Shown one piece after another: positions 1 to 8,728 of a stretch of 64,000 nt of DNA. The notes beneath the pieces were generated by a model. It did not search any database. It was not told where the DNA came from and saw only the letters and a program-made list of their open reading frames with translations. Location of the stretch: positions 2,486 to 66,485 of the forward strand of contig JAFUMA010000124.1 in NCBI GenBank assembly GCA_017483025.1. Direction: 5' to 3'. Each line of letters opens with the position of its first letter. Position 1 is the first letter of the stretch. The position numbers and the translations under genes are program-made. Source of the DNA: Anaerotignum sp. (GTDB lineage Bacteria > Bacillota > Clostridia > Lachnospirales > Anaerotignaceae).

Positions 1-285
1 TGCTGCAATACCAACGAAAACAGCAATCACAGCACTGATGACGGAAGCAGCAATGCCTACAGTGATACTGACGGACAATCCTTTCAGTGTCCGCATCAGC
101 AGGTCTCGCCCCAATGCATCTGTTCCAAAAGGATGTTCCCACGAAGGCGCCTTTTTTGCATTGAGGAAACTGCCGGCAACTGCTTCCTCGGGAATGAATA
201 TCCCAAAAAGATAGATGGCAACAAAAACAATCGCCATGATGACAGTTAAAATCAAAACTTTGGTGCGGCGATTTATCTTTTTCAT
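1..285 (-). CDS. ABC transporter permease, NikC/DppC-like (N-terminal part; gene continues past the left edge)
   Basis: My own translation of the minus strand gives MKKINRRTKVLILTVIMAIVFVAIYLFG...FGTDALGRDLLMRTLKGLSVS, typical of an Opp/Dpp/Nik C-type permease N-terminus. The ATG at 285 overlaps the upstream stop (ATGA). Confidence 0.75.
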   Translation of the reverse strand, partial: MKKINRRTKVLILTVIMAIVFVAIYLFGIFIPEEAVAGSFLNAKKAPSWEHPFGTDALGRDLLMRTLKGLSVSITVGIAASVISAVIAVFVGIAA

Positions 286-1277
286 TCGCCCACCTCCCGA
301 ATCTGCGGGTCAATAATGCCGTAAAGCAGGTTGGCGATCATGTTACCCACACAAACAAACAATGCCGAAAACAGCGTGACACCCAAAAGCAATGGTACAT
401 CTGAATTAAGACCGGCTGCTGCAACCGCACTGCCAAGCCCAGGATAGCTGAACACATTTTCTGCCATAACCGAACCGCCAAACAACTCTGCAAAAGAAGC
501 AAACTGCAAGGTCAATGCAGGAAGCAAGATATTCCGCAAACCGTGTCGGCACAGGATTGTCCATCTGCCTTCGCCTCGTGCTTTAGCAAACAATACATAT
601 TCGCTGTTCAATACATCCACCAGTTTTTGGCGGGTATGTAATGCGATATTGGCAAAGGACATCAGGCTTAATGTAAATGCCGGTAAAATCAGATGATGCA
701 GCTTTTGCCAAATGGTGACATCTTTGCTGAGTACACCGATAGGACTGGAAAATCCAATAGGAAACCATCTGAATCCCACAGCAAAAATCAACAGAAATAC
801 AAGTCCCAACCAAAATGTCGGAACCGAACTCAAAATATAACATATCTTTTTCAGAATACGGTCCGGAAGCTTGTCCTTGTACATTCCCATGATACAGCCA
901 AGACTGAAACCTATGATTGCTGACAAAATCCATGCACACAGCATCAATGCAAGAGAATTGACAAAGCGTTCCCCGATAATATCGGCAACCGGTCTGCGGT
1001 AAATTGCCGACTCTCCGAGATTGCCTTTAAGCAGCTCGGAAAGCCAGCTGAAATAGCGTTCGATCGGCGGTTCGTTTACGCCCCAATAATCTTCTATTTC
1101 AGCTCGCTGTTCCGGCGAAACTGCCGTTCCCAAGCCGAGAATATACTGCTGCACCGGATCTACCGGCGATGCACTGACCAACACAAAGGAAATGATGCTG
1201 ACAGCCAATAACAGTGATATTATTTTTATACTGTATGTAAAGAAAATACGGATAACCCGTTTTAAGGTTCCGCTCAT
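282..1277 (-). CDS. ABC transporter permease, NikB/DppB-like
   Basis: 331-aa multi-TM ORF of the binding-protein-dependent transport family 1 (LGESAIYRRPV..., EAA-like loop). Translationally coupled to the next permease. Confidence 0.85.
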   Translation of the reverse strand: MSGTLKRVIRIFFTYSIKIISLLLAVSIISFVLVSASPVDPVQQYILGLGTAVSPEQRAEIEDYWGVNEPPIERYFSWLSELLKGNLGESAIYRRPVADIIGERFVNSLALMLCAWILSAIIGFSLGCIMGMYKDKLPDRILKKICYILSSVPTFWLGLVFLLIFAVGFRWFPIGFSSPIGVLSKDVTIWQKLHHLILPAFTLSLMSFANIALHTRQKLVDVLNSEYVLFAKARGEGRWTILCRHGLRNILLPALTLQFASFAELFGGSVMAENVFSYPGLGSAVAAAGLNSDVPLLLGVTLFSALFVCVGNMIANLLYGIIDPQIREVGE

Positions 1278-1410
1278 AAAAACACCTCACATTCTATCGG
1301 TTTTTATAAAGAAACGAGCCCCATTCCCTCATAAAAGCCGATAGAAAAATTTTAGAACAGCCTGCCACACCGTTTGTAATGCGGCAGGCTGTCCATTTGC
1401 TGATTCTAAT

Positions 1411-2997
1411 TTATTTTTCCCAAGCCCAATCCTGCAGATTCTGAATCAGAGGCAGACCGTGACCATGACCGTGAATCGGCTGATCACCAATGGACAGACC
1501 GTCACGGACGTAGGTGACATGGTCAAGGTTGACGATCCATACCCAAGGGCATTCACCCTGCATAGCTGTGCCGGTAGTGCCGTCCCACTGAGCCTTCTGC
1601 CAGTTTTCATTCGCTTTTTCAACAGTGAGAGCTTCCATTGCAGCGTTCAAATAGCCGTCGGTCACCTCGTTCATGTAGCCTTCCGGATTATAGAAATCGT
1701 CCAGCAAAGCTCCCTCAGAGCGATACAGATAGTAGGTCTCATTCGGGATAGCAGAACCCCAACCCATCAGTACAGCTTCGGAGAACATGACATTCATGAT
1801 TTCATCCCAGCCCATACCTTTGATGTTGACCTTGATACCGATCTCAAGCAACTGCTCAGCAGCAGCCATACCCACCGTCTGACGGACAGAGTCACCGGAA
1901 GGATATACGCAGTCAAACTCTGCTTTCAGGCCGTCTTTTTCAACGATTCCATCACCGTCAGTGTCTTTCCAACCTGCATCTGCAAGCAGTTTTTTGGCGT
2001 GCTCAACATCTGTTTCAATCTTAACTTCGGGGTTATTCCAAGGCATACCATCATTCTCGGAGTAAGCAGGACGACCAAAGCCGTTCAGAACAACATCAGC
2101 AATTAACTGACGGTCAATGGCATAAGCAATCGCCTGACGGATTTCAATGTTGCAGGTTACATCGTTGCCGATCGGAGCACCGCTCTCCGTAGTCTTACCT
2201 TCGGCAGGCAGAACAGGAAGTGTGAAACCACGGTTATCGGCAGAGGTAATTGCTTCTACATGATAACCTTCCACTTCCGTGGTGCCGAGAGTAGCAGTAG
2301 AGTAAGCAACATCAACCTGTCCGGCCTGTACAGCAGCCAGAGCAGCATCTTCGGACATAAAGACTACAGTTACATTCTTGATCGCAGGAACGCCGTCATA
2401 GTAATCTTCGTTGGCAGTGAAAATGATCTGTTCCTGTGCTTTCCACTCGACAAACTTGTAAGGGCCGGAACCGATCGGATTCATTCCGTAATCATCGCCG
2501 TAGGCATGCTCGGGAACGATACCCACAGAAGCAAGCGTGTTGAGGAAGATAGATGTGGGCTTGGACAGGGTGATCACAACTGTTTTGTCATCCTGAGCCA
2601 CTGCACTTTCCATATATGTAAGGTCAACGGCACCTTGTGCAGCCTTTGCAGTCTCAAGCGTGAATGCAACATCGGAAGCGGTCAGCTTCTCGCCATCGGT
2701 GAATTTGACATCATCACGAATGGTAAAGGTCCAGGTCAATCCGTCAGGGGAAAGCTCATATCCGGTTGCCAGATCGTTTTCGAAAGACAGGTCGGAAGTA
2801 TATCTGACCAATGTACTCTGCACGATCGGTGCGTTTCCGTGTCCCCATCCCTGTGTGGGGTCAAGGGTCTCCGGCTCAGATCCGATAGCGATCACTACGC
2901 TATCTTTGGTTTCTGCGGCTTCATTGCCGCAGGCTGCAAGGCTAAAGCACATAAGAACTGCCAGAAGCATTGCAATTAATTTTCTTGTGGTTTTCAT
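1411..2997 (-). CDS. ABC substrate-binding lipoprotein, family 5 (nickel/peptide)
   Basis: 528 aa with a signal peptide and lipobox (FSLAAC). SBP_bac_5-like sequence. Sits directly downstream of larC. Confidence 0.85.
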   Translation of the reverse strand: MKTTRKLIAMLLAVLMCFSLAACGNEAAETKDSVVIAIGSEPETLDPTQGWGHGNAPIVQSTLVRYTSDLSFENDLATGYELSPDGLTWTFTIRDDVKFTDGEKLTASDVAFTLETAKAAQGAVDLTYMESAVAQDDKTVVITLSKPTSIFLNTLASVGIVPEHAYGDDYGMNPIGSGPYKFVEWKAQEQIIFTANEDYYDGVPAIKNVTVVFMSEDAALAAVQAGQVDVAYSTATLGTTEVEGYHVEAITSADNRGFTLPVLPAEGKTTESGAPIGNDVTCNIEIRQAIAYAIDRQLIADVVLNGFGRPAYSENDGMPWNNPEVKIETDVEHAKKLLADAGWKDTDGDGIVEKDGLKAEFDCVYPSGDSVRQTVGMAAAEQLLEIGIKVNIKGMGWDEIMNVMFSEAVLMGWGSAIPNETYYLYRSEGALLDDFYNPEGYMNEVTDGYLNAAMEALTVEKANENWQKAQWDGTTGTAMQGECPWVWIVNLDHVTYVRDGLSIGDQPIHGHGHGLPLIQNLQDWAWEK

Positions 2998-3125
2998 GGG
3001 AATACTCCTTTCATTTTCAGGCAGTATCCACTATAATATAAGTGTCCGCCTGTTTTTGTTGTGATTTCGGGTGCGACAGCCCCGGTTTGGTGCCAGCCAG
3101 CCGGGGCATTTTTGCTTGTATATCG

Positions 3126-4490
3126 TCAGTTCTCGCCAATATCAGAAAGAATATCTGCAATTGAAATATCTTTGTTACGGGCAATATCAGCAAGATCCTC
3201 ATACTCATATTTTTCTCGACGTACGCCATACCCACTGGATATCTTTTTTCTTACCGTGCCATGACTTGTCTCGACCGATTCAATGCTGCGTTTTAATGTG
3301 TAGCGATAGCTAATCTGTTCCCGTATACCGATGGTTGTGGTGTGCTTGAAAATAAGACGGATCATCTTGTCCTTATCGTCCACACGGCACATCGTACAAA
3401 GCAAGGTTCCCGGTCTTGATTTTTTCATGCCGACAGGAACGGTATAGACTTCCAAAGCCCCGGCAGAAAATAGTGCTTCCATTGCAAAGCTGATAGCTTC
3501 TGCTGTCATATCGTCAACATTGCAGGAAAGCTCAGCTATCGTATCTCCAGTGTCAGCAGTTTCACCGAGAAGAACACGGACACAGTTGGCGGCTTCAAAA
3601 TCTTTTTTACCCATACCGTAGCCGATGGCCTTAGTGGTCATAACCGGCATATCGCCGAAGCGAGCCGCAAAGTGCTTGAGCAGGGCGGCGCCTGTTGGGG
3701 TACAAAGTTCTCCGCGGATATGTCCTCCGTAAATCGGTACATCACGCAGGATGTGTGCAGTTGCCGGAGCAGGCACGGGCAGAATACCGTGAGCGCATTT
3801 GACCTGTCCACTGCCTACATGAACAGGAGAAACCACTACCTGGTCAGGTGCGATCTTATTCATCAGCATACAGACTGCCGTAATATCCGCAATAGCATCC
3901 ATCGTCCCAACTTCATGGAAATGTACTTCTGTGACAGGCTTGCCATGCGCCTTGCTTTCAGCCTCGGCTATCAGCATGTAGACGGCCATAATATCATCCT
4001 GCACCTTTTGAGGAAGATTCAGATGACCTCTGACGATATGCTCAATGTCATGAAGCCCACTATGATGGTGATGCCCATGGTCATGACTGTGCTCATGGTC
4101 GTGATGGTGGTGTTCGTGGTCATGACTGTGTTCATGGTCGTGGTGGTAATGTTCATGCTCATGGTCACCGCCGTGTTCATGGTCGTGGTGGTGGTGTTCA
4201 TGCTCATGGTGATGGTGTTCATACTCATGGTCATGACTGTGCTCATGCTCGTGGTGGTGATGAACATCCATGCTTTCTTCTTCCTCACCGTGAACAGTCA
4301 CAGAAATGTGCGTTCCGGTAATACCGCATTTCACCGATGTCTCTTTCTTCACATGAACACCCGGAATGCCAAGAGCGTTAAGTTCTTCGATAAAAGCTTC
4401 CTGATCGGGGATTAACTCAAGGAGAGCTGCGGTAAGCATATCACCGGCTGCACCCATTGAACAATCAAGGTATAAGGTTTTCATTGTCAT
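3126..4490 (-). CDS. larC: LarC, nickel insertase for the nickel-pincer (NPN) cofactor, with an expanded His-rich insert
   Basis: N-terminus MKTLYLDCSMGAAGDMLTAALLEL is LarC/DUF111-like. A His/Asp/Glu-rich tract is present, and the C-terminal domain is conserved. Confidence 0.85.
   Translation of the reverse strand: MTMKTLYLDCSMGAAGDMLTAALLELIPDQEAFIEELNALGIPGVHVKKETSVKCGITGTHISVTVHGEEEESMDVHHHHEHEHSHDHEYEHHHHEHEHHHHDHEHGGDHEHEHYHHDHEHSHDHEHHHHDHEHSHDHGHHHHSGLHDIEHIVRGHLNLPQKVQDDIMAVYMLIAEAESKAHGKPVTEVHFHEVGTMDAIADITAVCMLMNKIAPDQVVVSPVHVGSGQVKCAHGILPVPAPATAHILRDVPIYGGHIRGELCTPTGAALLKHFAARFGDMPVMTTKAIGYGMGKKDFEAANCVRVLLGETADTGDTIAELSCNVDDMTAEAISFAMEALFSAGALEVYTVPVGMKKSRPGTLLCTMCRVDDKDKMIRLIFKHTTTIGIREQISYRYTLKRSIESVETSHGTVRKKISSGYGVRREKYEYEDLADIARNKDISIADILSDIGEN
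4055..4268 (-). repeat. Imperfectly repetitive DNA encoding the ~70-aa HxHxH tract inside larC
   Basis: Recurring catggtcatgactgtgctcatg and gttcatggtcgtggtgg units. Translation is HHHHEHEHSHDHEYEHHHHEHEHHHHDHEH... Confidence 0.7.
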
Positions 4491-4496
4491 CCTCCG

Positions 4497-5249
4497 TTAT
4501 TTCTTTGATATATGATTGATCATACTGGCCAGATAGCCTGCACCAAAGCCGTTGTCGATATTGACAACAGAAACACCGCTGGCACAGGAATTAAGCATCG
4601 ACAATAGAGCTGATAAGCCGTTGAACGATGCACCATATCCTACACTGGTAGGAACTGCAATGACCGGGCAATCTGCCAATCCGCCGATAACACTCGCTAA
4701 AGCGCCCTCCATACCGGCGATGGCAACGATAACCCTGGCACTCATGATCTCATCCAGATGAGCCAGTGTACGATGCAATCCGGCAACGCCCACATCGTAC
4801 AGCCGCACCACTTCATTGCCGTGGACTTCCGCAGTCAGGGCAGCTTCCTCTGCAACCGGAATATCGCTTGTCCCTCCGGTAGCGACAATAATTTTGCCAA
4901 TACCGCTTGGCGCAGGTATCTCACCGATAACGCCGCAGCGGGCATCCTGATGATATTGCAACGGATGCGCCGCACTGACGATTCCCGCTGCTTCCGCAGA
5001 CAAGCGGGTGATCAATATGGTTTTCTGCCCGTTTTTCAGCATTGCATCTGCAATACCGATGATCTGTTCCGGCGTTTTGCCCGCACCGTAAATAACTTCT
5101 GCAGCGCCTTGCCGCAGTTTTCGATGCATATCCACTTTGGCATAGCCAATGTCCTCAAAGGGCTTCATTTTCAATTTCAGCAGTGCTTCATCAATAGAAA
5201 CAGTGCCGTCACTGACACCCTCCAGTATGTTTCTGATATCGCTCATCAT
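4497..5249 (-). CDS. larB: LarB, pyridinium-3,5-biscarboxylic acid mononucleotide synthase (PurE-like)
   Basis: 250 aa with an AIR-carboxylase-like C-terminal half (IIVATGGTSDIPVAEEA...AGMEGALASV). Lies between larE and larC. Confidence 0.85.
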   Translation of the reverse strand: MMSDIRNILEGVSDGTVSIDEALLKLKMKPFEDIGYAKVDMHRKLRQGAAEVIYGAGKTPEQIIGIADAMLKNGQKTILITRLSAEAAGIVSAAHPLQYHQDARCGVIGEIPAPSGIGKIIVATGGTSDIPVAEEAALTAEVHGNEVVRLYDVGVAGLHRTLAHLDEIMSARVIVAIAGMEGALASVIGGLADCPVIAVPTSVGYGASFNGLSALLSMLNSCASGVSVVNIDNGFGAGYLASMINHISKK

Positions 5250-5989
5250 CTCACCTCCAAATCGAGAGAAATCGACTTGTAATACGGTTTCAGCTTGTCA
5301 AGAATATCCGTTCGATGGGAAAGTACCGTCTGAATCTGCTTTTCCGGCACCTGCAACCGTGCATGACCGTTTTGGGAACGCACCCGAAAATCCGTAAGTC
5401 CAAGGGAGAACAGGTAGTCCTCCGCAAGCTCGGTGGTTTGCAATTTATCGATTGTGATTTCCTCGCCTGTTGGGATTCTTGTAGCAAGACAGGCATAAGC
5501 CGGTTTGTCCCATGTAAATAACCCGGCTTCCTTGGAAAGTTCACGGATCTGCGCTTTTGTCAGCCCGCACTCACGCAAAGGAGACCGGACGGACATTTCT
5601 TGCAACACTCGCATACCGGGACGATCACCTGCATCGTCCGAAGCGTTTGAGCCGTCTAATATGAGGGAAAAACCATCCTCTGCGGCTGCTTTAACTATGG
5701 CAGAGAATATCTGCTTTTTGCAGTAGTAGCATCGGTCAGAAGGGTTTGCACGGACATTTTGATCGCATAAAACCTGCAAAGGTAGAATCTGCATATCTGC
5801 GCCAAGTTCTTCTGCCAGCCGTAAGGCGTCTCTCTTTTCAAACTCCGGTTGAAACTCCGATGCTACGTAGTAAGCCTTAACTTCTGCACCGAACGTCTTG
5901 GCAGCATACAATAGATAGGCAGAGTCCACGCCTCCGGAAAAAGCAATGGCTGCTTTGTGATTGTTTTTGAAAAAATCTTCAAGCTTCAT
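5246..5989 (-). CDS. larE: LarE, ATP-dependent sacrificial sulfur transferase (PP-loop)
   Basis: PP-loop motif AFSGGVDSAYLL. I chose the start at MKLEDFF (GAGG RBS 5-6 nt upstream) rather than the longer ORF-track start. Overlaps larB (ATGA). Confidence 0.85.
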   Translation of the reverse strand: MKLEDFFKNNHKAAIAFSGGVDSAYLLYAAKTFGAEVKAYYVASEFQPEFEKRDALRLAEELGADMQILPLQVLCDQNVRANPSDRCYYCKKQIFSAIVKAAAEDGFSLILDGSNASDDAGDRPGMRVLQEMSVRSPLRECGLTKAQIRELSKEAGLFTWDKPAYACLATRIPTGEEITIDKLQTTELAEDYLFSLGLTDFRVRSQNGHARLQVPEKQIQTVLSHRTDILDKLKPYYKSISLDLEVR

Positions 5990-6001
5990 ACAAAACCTCA
6001 A

Positions 6002-6048
6002 AAAATAAAAGGTATATGAGCCACCCATTCTGGGAGGTCATATACCTT
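6002..6048 (-). terminator. Intrinsic terminator/attenuator hairpin inside the larE leader, ending about 12 nt before the larE start codon
   Basis: Minus strand reads AAGGTATATGA-(18-nt loop)-TCATATACCTT, an 11-bp perfect stem, followed by ATTTTTG. The larE RBS lies inside or just after the U-tract. Confidence 0.6.
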
Positions 6049-6146
6049 CGTAGTATACATTGAGAAATATAGTTTTCTGAATTATTGAAACCCGATTCTT
6101 CAGAACCGTTTAGCCAACTCGTGTTGGCCTCAAAACCAGATATTTA

Positions 6147-6175
6147 ATTATAACATATTCTGCGTTGAAAGTCAA
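6147..6175 (-). promoter_or_regulatory. Sigma-A type promoter for the lar-nik operon
   Basis: Minus strand reads TTGACT, a 17-nt spacer, then TATAAT (TGt just upstream). The -35 box overlaps the stop of the upstream gene. Confidence 0.6.
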
Positions 6176-6588
6176 TCAGCGCAATCAAGACAGTTTTGAA
6201 TTTCAGTTATAACTGCCTCAATCAGTTTGCTGGTATTCAAGTCTTCAACGCCGACAATAATATTATTACAATGATTAATTGGAATTAAAATGCGTTTTGC
6301 ATTGCTTTGACCAACAGCAGTTGCCATTTTAGGGGTAATTTCACCGAGCAAGGAATCCGCAATGGCAATGCCGACCGGTCCGACAATAATATCTGCTGAT
6401 CGACATCCCACCACAACAGCGTTTTCACCTGTTGCTGCATGATCTGCTCCGGCTTTCAGCATTGAAGATGTTGCAAGACTATTTGCGCCAATAGCTGTAA
6501 TGACCAACTCAGGAAGTCGTTTTTTTACAGCGGCAACAACTTGTTTTCCGATACCGCCGCCTTGTGCATCAATGACTAATATATTCAT
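6172..6588 (-). CDS. DUF3842-like small protein
   Basis: 138 aa, MNILVIDAQGGGIGKQVV... This is a recalled resemblance to DUF3842 and has not been verified. Confidence 0.5.
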   Translation of the reverse strand: MNILVIDAQGGGIGKQVVAAVKKRLPELVITAIGANSLATSSMLKAGADHAATGENAVVVGCRSADIIVGPVGIAIADSLLGEITPKMATAVGQSNAKRILIPINHCNNIIVGVEDLNTSKLIEAVITEIQNCLDCAD

Positions 6589-6702
6589 GGCTACCTCATT
6601 TTGAAAATCTTTTTATCATTATAGCAAAAAAATGTGAATTCTTCTACCTATAAATCCCGTTTGCTCTGTATAAAAGCATGAAACAAGGCAGACGGGATTG
6701 AG

Positions 6703-6948
6703 TTAATCAAGCGGTTTATATTCTGTGACAGTTTTCAGATATGTCTCCGGATCACCGTTCAGTATCAGCTCCGCATACGCCATCGGATCGTTGTAAATCA
6801 GATAATCCAGTTCTGACCGCTGATACATATTGTCGGCAACCTCGTTCTCCACGGTGATAGTATCAATGGCAATCATGCTGCCATCGGTAAATTTCAGCTC
6901 AACGCAAGCAGTATCTATGTTAAACTCACAAGAAATCAAATGCGTCAT
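6703..6948 (-). CDS. Hypothetical small acidic protein (81 aa)
   Basis: Clean ORF 11 nt downstream of the rlmD-like stop. I cannot assign a family with confidence. Confidence 0.4.
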   Translation of the reverse strand: MTHLISCEFNIDTACVELKFTDGSMIAIDTITVENEVADNMYQRSELDYLIYNDPMAYAELILNGDPETYLKTVTEYKPLD

Positions 6949-6959
6949 ATCCGCCCTCC

Positions 6960-8597
6960 TTAAATCATGCCGAAGTGCTGGAGTGCCTCCTTGATTGCTT
7001 TTTCTTTATCCGGCGGGCATTGGGGCTGTTTAGCGTCCTCAGACTTCGGCTTGTTGTAATTCTCTCGCTCAATGATACCGCACTGCTGCTTTACCTGTGC
7101 GATATACAAGCTGCTGACTCTCAAGCCGCTGTGCTCCAGCACATAATCCTTGATTTCTTGATAGGTAGCTTTCTTCTCCGCATCGGTCAGATCCAGCTCG
7201 TCCATATCCAAGTTTATCTCGATATGTTGCTTTGCATTAAGTTTGGACAATAAACATACCGTCTCCACATGGACGGTTCTGGGGAACATGTCCATCAGTT
7301 TCACCTTTTCCACGCGATAGCCTTCCTGTTGGAAGATCTCCAGGTCTCTCGCCAGAGAAGTAGGCTTGCAGGAAACATATACGATCTCAGGAGCGCCAAA
7401 ATCGATGATCTTACCGATGGCTTTGGGATGGATACCATCTCTAGGGGGGTCTACGATGATGAGGTCGGGCTTGTCCTCCAGTTCATCCACCATTTTCAGC
7501 ACATCCCCTGCAATAAATGTGCAGTTTTCCAGACCATTGCGTTTTGCGTTTTCGTTGGCAGCCACAACCGCTTCTTCGATCAGCTCGATGCCGACCACCT
7601 TCTTGGAGCCTGCTTCCGCCATGATCTGACCGATGGTGCCTGTGCCACAGTAAAGGTCAAATACCATCTTGTTTTCCACATCGCCTGCAAATTCCTTTAC
7701 GATGGAATAGAGCTTTTCAGCCCCTGCGGAATTTGTCTGGAAGAAGGAATATACAGAAACCTTAAATTCCAGATCGAAAAGTTTTTCCATGAAAAAGTCT
7801 CTGCCGTAGAGCAGGTGCATTTCATCGCTTTTTACTACGTCCGCCAGACCATCATTCACAGAGTGCAGGATGCCGCCGATCTTGCCTTCCAGTTGCAGCG
7901 CCAGCAGCATATCTTTGAACTCTTCCACAGAGAAATTCACTTCGGAAGAAGTCACCAAATTCACAAGGATCTCGCCCGTTGCTGCGCCTTTTCTGACTAC
8001 CAGATGGCGCAGACAGCCATCGTGGCGGGCTTTATGATAGAAGGGTACGTTTCTTTCCTGGAAGAAAGCCAGTGTCCCTTCGATGACCTTCAAATAATCC
8101 TGATCGATGATATTACAATCTTTCAGGGTAACAACTTCGTAATAGCTCATGCGTTTACGCATACCCAGCGCCAGCGCGCCGTCTTTTTCTTCATCCCCAA
8201 AAGAAAATTCGCACTTATTGCGATAGCCTGTTTCAGAGGGAGCAGGCACGATACCTTCCCAGCTGTCGATATTGATGTTTGCGTTTTCCAGCAGGCGTTT
8301 TACCTGTCTTTCTTTCAGCTTCAGTTCTTCTTCGTGGCGCATGGTCTGATAGGTACAGCCGCCGCAAAGTTCATAATGGGAGCACATGCCTTCTGTCCGT
8401 TCCAAAGGGGATCGTTCGATGACCTCCTGCAGGCGGGCTTCCACCAGATTCGGTTTCTTTTTGAATACCTGGGCCTGTACCTTCTGCCCGGGTACAGCAT
8501 TTTTTACAATGACCTTTTCCCCTTCGCATTCACCGTAGGCCTTATTGGGAAAATTCACATCCTGGATCTCCAGGGTGATGATATCTTTTTTCTTCAT
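6960..8597 (-). CDS. 23S rRNA (uracil-C5)-methyltransferase, RlmD/RumA family, with a ~95-aa C-terminal extension
   Basis: TRAM-like N-terminus and a Cys cluster (CSHYELCGGCTYQ) for 4Fe-4S. SAM motif DLYCGTGTIG. Catalytic region VSCKPTSLARD...DMFPRTVHVE. Start taken at MKKKD (GGAGG 5 nt upstream). Confidence 0.8.
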   Translation of the reverse strand: MKKKDIITLEIQDVNFPNKAYGECEGEKVIVKNAVPGQKVQAQVFKKKPNLVEARLQEVIERSPLERTEGMCSHYELCGGCTYQTMRHEEELKLKERQVKRLLENANINIDSWEGIVPAPSETGYRNKCEFSFGDEEKDGALALGMRKRMSYYEVVTLKDCNIIDQDYLKVIEGTLAFFQERNVPFYHKARHDGCLRHLVVRKGAATGEILVNLVTSSEVNFSVEEFKDMLLALQLEGKIGGILHSVNDGLADVVKSDEMHLLYGRDFFMEKLFDLEFKVSVYSFFQTNSAGAEKLYSIVKEFAGDVENKMVFDLYCGTGTIGQIMAEAGSKKVVGIELIEEAVVAANENAKRNGLENCTFIAGDVLKMVDELEDKPDLIIVDPPRDGIHPKAIGKIIDFGAPEIVYVSCKPTSLARDLEIFQQEGYRVEKVKLMDMFPRTVHVETVCLLSKLNAKQHIEINLDMDELDLTDAEKKATYQEIKDYVLEHSGLRVSSLYIAQVKQQCGIIERENYNKPKSEDAKQPQCPPDKEKAIKEALQHFGMI

Positions 8598-8728
8598 GGT
8601 TGCCTCCAAACTATATTTGAATTTTATTTGTATTCCGATTTCTTATATGGTATAATCAGTCCTGTATGTGATTTCCACATCCGCAATCATAAATCAATTC
8701 ATAATTTCGAACAGGAGTGTATACAGGA

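Noticed and set aside
4055-4268. A repeat-rich stretch that could at first glance be taken for a CRISPR-like or tandem-repeat array.
   Set aside because: The repeats are short, imperfect and in-frame inside larC (CAT/CAC-rich His codons), and there is no repeat-spacer periodicity. No CRISPR array is present anywhere in the window.
3672-4415. Plus-strand ORFs (247 aa, plus the 89-aa minus-frame ORF at 4019-4288) rich in M/V/T repeats.
   Set aside because: These are alternative-frame or antisense readings of the repetitive His-codon tract of larC, not independent genes.
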